DNA from: Verrucomicrobiota bacterium
GTDB taxonomy: Bacteria; Verrucomicrobiota; Verrucomicrobiia; Opitutales; Seribacteraceae
Direction: 5' to 3'
Assembly: GCA_027622665.1 (NCBI GenBank)
Contig: JAQBYT010000051.1
Location: forward strand, 1 to 22,584
Length of the DNA: 22,584 bases
The position numbers and the translations under genes were made by a program. Below, in pieces: positions 9,472 to 17,400 of the stretch; positions within the stretch are counted from its first letter, which is position 1, and each line of letters begins with the position of its first letter. Below the pieces are notes generated by a model. That model was not told the origin of the DNA, ran no database searches, and was given only the letters and a program-made list of their open reading frames with translations.

Positions 9472-10955
9472 GAATCTGGCTCCAAGGTAAAGTTAGCAAC
9501 GATACGCAAGGGAGTGGCGGGCGTAACGCTCCTCACCCACACCACGTTGGTTTGTCCCTCAGGTAATTCCACTTCAGCTACAAGATTCCTCCCCACACCC
9601 CTTAGGGTCAACCTTTTCTTGGCCGGAGTGGGAAACTTACAGAAGAGAACCTTTTTGGGCAAAGTGGACCATGCTCGCAAATCCGCCTTGGTCGTAACGT
9701 GGGCCAGCATGCCTATCCCTATGCCGGTGGCGACACGCGTAGTCTCATCCTTTTCGCGCACGGAATCAGTCACGGCATGCTGAATGCCTGCCTTGGTTAA
9801 TGCACCCGCAATAGCCTTGGCAAGTTCCACCGGATAGGTTTTGTCGAACTCCTTGGCAATGATGGCATCGAGATCGGCCAGTGGTCGGGTGCGAACGTTC
9901 TCCATGCCATCCGCCTCCACCTGTAATCCTTCCAAGTGTGAGGGATTGGCTCGTAATCGCGGCAATGCCACGCCCAAGTAAGGGATACGCGAAGTGGGAT
10001 CCATCAATAGTAGAGCCACTTGCGGAGGTAAGACTTCCGTTACCGACAAGGGATACTCCAGTCGAAACTCGGACCGCCGAGCCGCTCTCCCCGTCTCTAA
10101 AAACAAGTAGGTTGCAGGTTCGGGATCCACTAACTGACGGGCTGCCTGCCGAAAGTCCTCTGTTAGCCAAGGGTTGTCGGGATGGATGACAAGCAATTCT
10201 CGAAGGGAAAACTCCGCCTTCTCAAAATCCGAAGCGGTGCTTCCCGTTCGAAGAAAGTAAAGAGCCTCGAGAAAAAGAGCGGCAGGGTTTACGTAATCAG
10301 GAAGATTGGCGGGAACCATAGATCTTGCGTCCGCAAGAATTTGATCTGATTTCGATTTTGCTCGGGGATCACCAACAGTCTTGTCCAGATCGATCCCTTT
10401 TTTCTTCATTTGCTCACGAGCTTCTTCAAGCTCTTCCTTCCAGAGCAGCTTGGCATCGGAAATGGCTTGGCGAGTTTTGAAGATTTCCGCCCTCGTGCGA
10501 CCTGCGTCCCCAGCTTCCATGTAGTTGAGGGCTTGGTAAAGCCACATCATCACACGCTCGTAAATTCTTGTCTTGTAGGGTTTCCACTCGGCGGACCCCA
10601 CGACCGAGGCAAACTGCTCGGATAGTCTGAATGGAGTCTTGTGATGGGCACCGAACCATCGTTTGTAATTCTCCTCGGCGGCAGAAAAAGCCAACCGACT
10701 ACCCGCTGCGTCACCTGCCGCCCGACGAGCCGACCCTTCTTCCAACAGGTACAAAAGACGATCTCGCTTCGGCCCCTTCTTCGCCAGCTCAGACGCTTGC
10801 TCGGCCGCTCCTTGAACATCTCCCACCTTCCAAGAGAACCGGAACTCCTCGGTGCGGTCGTAATGATTGGTGACGCATCCCGAAAGAACAACTAAGCCCA
10901 CTAGAACGGCATAGCCCGATCGACAGGGAATCCAATTACGGCCGAGGCAGCCCAC
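9468..10955 (-). CDS. COG3014-family TPR-like lipoprotein
   Basis: Lipobox LSGC; DRLLYLLEEG, Y..R.YE.VM..LY.ALNY, and C-terminal ADLRAWSTLP motif. GTG start 1 bp after the upstream stop. Confidence 0.8.
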   Translation of the reverse strand: MGCLGRNWIPCRSGYAVLVGLVVLSGCVTNHYDRTEEFRFSWKVGDVQGAAEQASELAKKGPKRDRLLYLLEEGSARRAAGDAAGSRLAFSAAEENYKRWFGAHHKTPFRLSEQFASVVGSAEWKPYKTRIYERVMMWLYQALNYMEAGDAGRTRAEIFKTRQAISDAKLLWKEELEEAREQMKKKGIDLDKTVGDPRAKSKSDQILADARSMVPANLPDYVNPAALFLEALYFLRTGSTASDFEKAEFSLRELLVIHPDNPWLTEDFRQAARQLVDPEPATYLFLETGRAARRSEFRLEYPLSVTEVLPPQVALLLMDPTSRIPYLGVALPRLRANPSHLEGLQVEADGMENVRTRPLADLDAIIAKEFDKTYPVELAKAIAGALTKAGIQHAVTDSVREKDETTRVATGIGIGMLAHVTTKADLRAWSTLPKKVLFCKFPTPAKKRLTLRGVGRNLVAEVELPEGQTNVVWVRSVTPATPLRIVANFTLEPDS

Positions 10956-10956
10956 A

Positions 10957-11829
10957 CTAATCTATGAAATCGGAAAGCTTTACGTTTGTGGGCCGAATCA
11001 CGCACATCTTTTCTATTCCGTGATCCTCCAAGACAAGGGCCGAACTCACTCGATGGTTCACGCGTCGAACTCGAGCCGTGCCCACGAGGACTTCCTCCCG
11101 CCCAAGAGACGCTCCCGTTTCGGGATCCTTCAAATCCTCGCCCAAGGCAAACACATCCACAAGTTCACCGACGGGGTATCCGAAATCTTGTCCACGATTG
11201 AAGGTGATTTGTTTGCCGGTTATGGCAATTACACGAGGTGGAGACAGGCAATCAAGAGTACGGCACACCAGTTGACGGGCCGCCTCATCCGATAATTTCG
11301 TGAGCAACTCACGGTTCTTCTGTCCCTTTACAGGGCGTACGACATCCTCGACGGTAGTTTCCGTCTCGGCCAACCGAATGGCGGCGGAAGCGAGCAGTTC
11401 GCCCGTGTGCAAATCGTAGAGACTGCCAACCAAGCCTATTCGCAAGGTGCGTTTTACGATTACTTCTCCCAGGCCGGGTAGGTTTGCCCGTTTCTCTAGG
11501 TCTTGAAAATCGTCCAACCTTATCTGCAGGCGGACTTGCTTGACGTTGGGAGGGGGGCCAGCCTCGGGTCGCTTAAGTATTACGCGAAACTTGTGGGAGT
11601 CGTTCAACGAAGCAGTAATCCCGCCATCCAGCATTTCGGAAAGCAAGACATAGGTTTCGGGAGCCCCTTCCGCCAATACAGTCTGCATAAGCGAAGCCGA
11701 GGCGGCAACCGGTTCCACCATCAACTCCGGAAGAGCAGGAGGTTTTTCCTGAGCATAACCGATGGAAAATAAAAGCAGAAGCAGACCACCAAATATCAGA
11801 CGGGGGAAAAAAGAAGAGAATGAACTCAT
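10957..11829 (-). CDS. Exported CsgG/HfaB-like protein with FlgT C-terminal-like beta domain
   Basis: Signal peptide (..GYA|QE); S.KFRVI and LYDL.TGELLAS in the CsgG-like part; C-terminal ITFNRG...G..VGE...V...GE.L.DPETG..LG.EE..VG..RV..V. Confidence 0.7.
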   Translation of the reverse strand: MSSFSSFFPRLIFGGLLLLLFSIGYAQEKPPALPELMVEPVAASASLMQTVLAEGAPETYVLLSEMLDGGITASLNDSHKFRVILKRPEAGPPPNVKQVRLQIRLDDFQDLEKRANLPGLGEVIVKRTLRIGLVGSLYDLHTGELLASAAIRLAETETTVEDVVRPVKGQKNRELLTKLSDEAARQLVCRTLDCLSPPRVIAITGKQITFNRGQDFGYPVGELVDVFALGEDLKDPETGASLGREEVLVGTARVRRVNHRVSSALVLEDHGIEKMCVIRPTNVKLSDFID

Positions 11830-11835
11830 AAAATA

Positions 11836-11864
11836 AAACTAGCGCGAATGAATGCCTCTTGCAA
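11836..11864 (-). promoter_or_regulatory. Sigma70-like promoter, probably leaderless, for the CsgG-like gene
   Basis: On - strand: TTGCAA-N17-TAGTTT-N6-ATG(11829). Confidence 0.55.
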
Positions 11865-11905
11865 TAGGTGAGAACATAAAAACCCCAAGTTAGAGAAGAG
11901 CGGTT

Positions 11906-12940
11906 TTACTTCTTTTCGTCTTCCCGGAGCACCTTCATCTCGAAGCTATCCGTACCTTTCACGTCCCCGACCACGGTACGAAAGCGGCGCTTGGTGCGTA
12001 ACGCTTGAACAAGAGCCACGGTCTTTAGGCGTTTGTAGTAGGGAGGCGGTTCCTTGAAGGCGGTAAGTAAATCCGCAGTCGTTATGAGGGTGCTCAATTC
12101 TACGTACATTTTACGACTGTACCCCTTCGGGAGAACGAACACCAGTTGCCCCGGACGCAATTTTTGCAAATCCTGACCTTGGCGACGCAATTCGACTTCT
12201 CCAAGAAGACCGATCATCTTTAGACCACCATTGGTTGTTATGCCTATCATGACCGCGAAAGGATCGTCACCCGAAACCTCCACCTCGGCAAAAGGAGCTT
12301 CTACACGGATTTCACCATCGTCTTCATTGGCTCTCAACAGATATGCGCCTGAATGGGCTTCCAAAAGGTCTGGAGACGGCAAAGTGAAGCTACCTGCATC
12401 CACCACTCGCAAGTTAAAACCGGCATTCCCAGGCAACTCCAGATCCACTCCTGACTTCGACGAAACAGTAACCCGTCTACCAAAACCCAAGGTTTCACCC
12501 GATTGGGTCAGGCTTCGAGGCTCAAATTTACCTCGCAAAAGAACAGAGCCGAAAACTTGCCTGACGTAGATATCCTTTGGTTCGGAAGGGATGGTCGCCT
12601 GAGCTTTACCAACAGAAACATTCGAGAGAGAACCCTTGTAACGAGCTACAATCGCCCGCCCCTTGGTGATACGTAAAGCTTGTTCTATTCTTTCGCGTAA
12701 AAGAGGATCCGTTTTTTGATCTTGCTCCAGCAAGGCAATCGCTCGGTTGAAGGCTGTGATTGCAGGATCGAATTCCCTTTGGTCTGCCAAGGTTTGTCCC
12801 TTGTCCAAAAGAAGAACGGCTTCTGACTGAGCGTTCTCGACGGTAGGCTCGCCAAAAAGGAGAGTTGGGGCGAAATAAAAGAAAACGAGACCTAGCCTGT
12901 AAGCTTTATCCGAACAAAGCTTCAGGCAACTCATGGCCAT
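11906..12940 (-). CDS. Exported protein: one TPR-like hairpin plus degenerate FecR-like beta domain
   Basis: N-terminal hydrophobic segment; LLDKGQTLA..REFD.AI.AFNRAIAL (TPR-like); then V.G.V...G....G..V.V...S.V.L, IRVEAP.AEV.V.G, LLGEVEL...LRPGQ (FecR-like strand pattern). Confidence 0.65.
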   Translation of the reverse strand: MAMSCLKLCSDKAYRLGLVFFYFAPTLLFGEPTVENAQSEAVLLLDKGQTLADQREFDPAITAFNRAIALLEQDQKTDPLLRERIEQALRITKGRAIVARYKGSLSNVSVGKAQATIPSEPKDIYVRQVFGSVLLRGKFEPRSLTQSGETLGFGRRVTVSSKSGVDLELPGNAGFNLRVVDAGSFTLPSPDLLEAHSGAYLLRANEDDGEIRVEAPFAEVEVSGDDPFAVMIGITTNGGLKMIGLLGEVELRRQGQDLQKLRPGQLVFVLPKGYSRKMYVELSTLITTADLLTAFKEPPPYYKRLKTVALVQALRTKRRFRTVVGDVKGTDSFEMKVLREDEKK

Positions 12941-12965
12941 GTCGAATCATCCTAGCGAAATCCAG

Positions 12966-14339
12966 CTAGAATGCGTAGTTGAGGCCCATGTTGACGCCAC
13001 CGATAAAATCCTCGAAGTCGAGAGTGGAGTCGCTGGAACGCTTCCACATGTAATTGGTCGCGGCAGACACGTTGAGCCATTCGTAAATAGTATAAGTGGC
13101 AACCACTGCTCCCAGGTAACTGGTATCACTACGGCCGTCATTGGTCCCTTCCGTGTATTCCATTCTATTGACTGTGATAGAAGGCGTGAGTGTGAGTTGC
13201 TCTCCGATGGGTTTAATGTAAGACAAGTTGAGGGTATGCGTCCACGCGTTCTGGGCGTTTATGGGTTGCTGAGCGAGTACATTTGCAGCTCCGCCCATAA
13301 CTGCTTCGATAAAATTATAATACTCTGCATCTGCTATTTGCTGCTCCAAGGTATCACCATTGGCAAAAGAATAACTAGTGGCTACGGTAAGTGAGAGTAT
13401 ATCGCCTGTGGGCAAAGGCAAGTTCTTGGTTACTGATAAATTGGGTGTATTGGAGTAAGAGATCACATTATCTGCACGAAAGGAAATCGGACGAACGTAA
13501 GTATGCCCAAAAACAACAGTGTAATCATGCGTAAGTATGATTGGTAATGTAAGTCCGGCAATTTGAACGTCCACGTCGAATCCCTCTCTTTCATTACCAT
13601 GATCCTTCACGGGGTCTGTATAAGTCCTCATGTGCATGAGCATGAGAGATGGTGCAAGCAAGACTTCGTTGCCGACGCTATATTCGCCAAGTCCCATATT
13701 GAAAGTCAAATTGAGAAGAGCGGTAAAGCCATCTTGTGAATACCCGGCAGATTTCTTGTTAACTTTTATCGGGTTGGAAGTGTAATTGTAGCCCATGTTA
13801 AAAGCGATTGAGGGAGTCAGCCTGCCACTCTTGACGTCTACAAGGCGTTGTGTGCCCATGGCATCGCCAGCTCTTGCGGCCTCGAGTGCTCCGGCAAAGA
13901 AATCAGAAGCCAAAAAGGAAGCGGAAGGCACAGAGCCATTGCTATCCGGAGCCACAGTTGCATTTACATCAGCAGCAGGAACCGGCGGAACTTCCTTCTT
14001 TTCTACCTCGTTGACCTCATTCACGGGAGCGGGAGCAACGATTGGCTTAGCGACCTCCGGCGGAGGTGCGGGTTGGGGTTTTGGCGCAACCTTGGCAGGG
14101 GCTTCCTTGACAGGTACGATCGGTGCGGACGGAGACGGCTTGTCGTTCTTAACTTCAGTCTCAGCACCAAAGAGTATCGTTGTTTCGCCGTTAGCGCGTT
14201 TCTTTGCGGAAGGAGCGGCAGTCGGGGAAATCGAGTCCGAACTTGTCTGCACGATACCTAAAGACGATTTGTCCGCGAACGAAGTAAAAAAAAGCGAGCC
14301 TAGCAACAGGTAGATCGATGAGGATCGGTAAGTAGTCAT
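12966..14339 (-). CDS. Putative outer-membrane beta-barrel protein with a Pro/Ala-rich N-terminal linker
   Basis: Signal peptide, ~110-aa P/A/K/E-rich linker, alternating-hydrophobic strands (FNMGYNYTSN, LNLSYIKPI, LTLTPSITV, VATYTIYEWLNVSA), C-terminal GVNMGLNYAF fitting a BAM beta-signal. ATG at 14339 preferred over 14360. Confidence 0.8.
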   Translation of the reverse strand: MTTYRSSSIYLLLGSLFFTSFADKSSLGIVQTSSDSISPTAAPSAKKRANGETTILFGAETEVKNDKPSPSAPIVPVKEAPAKVAPKPQPAPPPEVAKPIVAPAPVNEVNEVEKKEVPPVPAADVNATVAPDSNGSVPSASFLASDFFAGALEAARAGDAMGTQRLVDVKSGRLTPSIAFNMGYNYTSNPIKVNKKSAGYSQDGFTALLNLTFNMGLGEYSVGNEVLLAPSLMLMHMRTYTDPVKDHGNEREGFDVDVQIAGLTLPIILTHDYTVVFGHTYVRPISFRADNVISYSNTPNLSVTKNLPLPTGDILSLTVATSYSFANGDTLEQQIADAEYYNFIEAVMGGAANVLAQQPINAQNAWTHTLNLSYIKPIGEQLTLTPSITVNRMEYTEGTNDGRSDTSYLGAVVATYTIYEWLNVSAATNYMWKRSSDSTLDFEDFIGGVNMGLNYAF

Positions 14340-14394
14340 AATTTTAATTTGATAATTCAATCCTAATCACACCATGGCAAGCCAGAAAAACTTA

Positions 14395-14423
14395 AACCTA
14401 GACTAGTTCGAATTCAGGGGCAA
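14395..14423 (-). promoter_or_regulatory. Sigma70-like promoter candidate upstream of the beta-barrel gene
   Basis: On - strand: TTGCCC-N17-TAGGTT, 55 nt upstream of ATG 14339. Confidence 0.4.
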
Positions 14424-14462
14424 TTGGCAATCCGATAGAGGAAAAATTTATCTAATAAAAAA

Positions 14463-17400
14463 CTACTTCGTTCCAATCGTTATGGAACCGGCAGGAAGAG
14501 AATTGAATGCTGTACGGGTGTTCAGTAGAAGCGACGTGCCGTAACGAACATTCTGGATGAAATTGACTCGACCATAGGCCTTATTCTCTAAACCGAAGGT
14601 CGGATATTTGCTATCCAGAGGACCGAGAGCACTATTCAAATTGACGGTAGACCCCCCGGGGAAGGTCACGTTCGCCAAATTGATAGTCATGGCGTCCATA
14701 ACGATCTGCTGCACGTTGGCTGAGAATAAAAGGCCATTGGCGTTGATTTCGTCGAGAGCTCTCAGGTGAACGAAGTCGGCTCCGTTACCATTTGTGGTTA
14801 TCATTTTTGAGTTCTCGATCACGAGGCTGTCCAAGGAACGAAGGGACACTTCCCCTTCGGCCTGAAGATCGACGTTGATTACGTTCAAGGTCTCCATCGA
14901 ACCTATGCCCAACATGTCTCCGGCATAAGAAACCGATGCACGTTGATCGACTGTGCCTTGGGGGAGAGAAACACTACCCGCGGAAAGCAAAATCAATCCA
15001 TCGGTCGTAGATGCCATCGTCTCATCCGTATTGCGGAACGCAGCATTCCCTGCGATGGTCAGCTTATCGGTTGCGGCAATGAGGAATTCATCCTGGCCGG
15101 GACCACCATACACGTTGCCAATGTCGTAATCACCGGCGCTGATGGAAACATTCTTGCCTCCGATGACATTGAAGTTCCTCGTAATGGACTCACTGGTATC
15201 AGACGGACCCGACAAGTTATCGTAAACTTGCACGACATCCTGAAAGAAGCTGCTGGCAAACGCGAGCTCTGCGGTGAGAACAAGATTGGGATTGATTGTG
15301 TTGTCCTTGATCTCGTGGTTAGCGAGAAGCGATACGGTATTAGGATCAACGGGTGTTGAAGTCGGTGCATCGCCAGGTTGCTGACCTTCAGCAGGTCCGG
15401 TATTGAGATCAGCAAGTACCATCTTAAGTTCTTCACCTTCAAGGCCCAATTTCTTCAACTCATTAAGTAGCGTCGACGATAGCTGACCTGACTCCTTTGC
15501 TGATTTGAAGTCACCGGGGCTTTCCTCCGCAATCTTGATGAGGTCAGGATCCATTTCAAATTGATCCAAAGAATCCAAGTTATCGAAAATAGCATCACGT
15601 GAACCGGCGTCAGTCCCATGAGCATCAGTAATCTCTTTGATTTTCCCAGCTTTGTCGGGATTGGCAAAGACCAAGTCAAGTTTCGCCGCATCCAAATCAT
15701 TGTTTTCAGCCAAGGCTTTTAAATCTGACAGTTTGTCAAGATTACTACCGGCGATCTTGAGTTTTTCGGCATCGCCATTGAATGCATCACCAATATCGAA
15801 GATCATTGCAACCTGCTCAGCAGTCGCACTATCGAGTTGCTTGAGGATGCCGGCCTCGGTAAAGATATCTAGACCAGTTTCAAAATCGTCCAAACGATCA
15901 ATGTTCTCGAACAACCGATCCTGAGCACCGTCAAGGTTGGCACCCTCCAAACGGTCTGAGAGTTTCTTGATTTCATCCAACTTGTCAAAGTTCTCGAAAA
16001 GCTTGTCGATTTTATCCTTGTCGGCATCGGCTCCGTAACGGGCAGTCATGTCATTGACGGCATCAAGTTTATCGAGGTTGCCAAAGATCAAGTCGAGCTT
16101 GGCGGAGTCGTCCTTAAAATCTTCCGCAGTAGCCGCTATCTCGGCCGCCTTTGAACCGTACTGAGCAATTGCATCGCCATACTGAGGGTAATCGGTCGTC
16201 AACTTGATGAGACCTTGATTCGCCATGGTGGCATCGAGGCTTTCCTGAGATTCAAATAGGCTATCCATGAGCGTTTCCGAACCGGAAGAGATAATGTCTT
16301 TTACAGTTCCCAGCAATGCATCTGCCTTCTCGGCGTTCTCGAAAACAAGTTTAATGCGGTCAGGGTAAACAGCAAGTTGGTCGGATAGTTCCTTGAGGGC
16401 GTCTAAGCGATCCAGATTATTGAAAATGGTATCCATTTTGGTAGGATCATCCTCAAACTTGAGACCCAAGTCGATTAGGTCGTCAAGCTTATCGATATTA
16501 GCAAAGAAAGCTGCTTCATTCGCAGTTTCCTTAGCTGCTTCATCTGCAGAAAGGTCGGATTTACCACTCTTGATAAAACTAAGAGCGAAAGCGATATCAT
16601 CTGCTTTGTCCGCGTTCTCGGGTTTTTCGAGAACTGACAAGTAATCGGTACCAGCATAGACAGTCTTCAGGCTTCCCAAAGCGGAAGCGTCAACTAGTGA
16701 ATCGATATTGAGTGCACCTGCGGCACCATCGACTTCTGCCGCCGCAGCTATTGCCGCAGCTTTTTCCGCATCTGTTGCACCTTCCCCGAGGGCAGCAACA
16801 GCAGCGGCATCGGCATCGGCTTTAGCCTTAGCCTGGGCAGCTATTTGCCCCGCGAGATCGGCATTTCCTTCGAATGCCTGCTCCAACTGTGCAGCCTTTT
16901 CTATATTTTGATTTACAAAAGCTTCAAGTGCTGCAGCGCCTCCCTCCCCACTTTCCTTCAGCTTTTTGGCTACGTTGTTAATGGCCACCAATTCCTTTAC
17001 GTCTTTTTTTACGATGTTCTCCAACTGGGCGAGTGAAGGGGCAGCTCCTCCTCCGCCAGTTCCTGCAGAAGCTTCCTTGATCACTAGCAAGGCATCTTGC
17101 ATTTGCTTAGCCTCCTTGGCATTTCCAAGCAAGTTTCTGGCAACGTCAGCATTCACTACTGCACCTTCAGTAGTAACGTCGCCGAGAACATCTGCAATCA
17201 CATCAATGTTATCAAAAATATCATTTGCTTGATCACCAACAAAGTTGAGTGATGCGATTTGATCGACCACTTTTGCGTATGAATCAGCCTTATCTGCGTT
17301 AGCTAGCACATTGGTCAAATCGGCTCCTTCGCCAGCTGCGGCAACTACCTTGGCCAGATTTGCCGCTTTGTCTGCGTTTTCGAAAAGATTGGTAAGAGCG

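Noticed and set aside
14286..14293. A8 homopolymer in the barrel signal-peptide region as a phase-variation switch
   Set aside because: Short tract, gene is in frame, and T-runs are expected in Phe/Leu-rich signal peptides.
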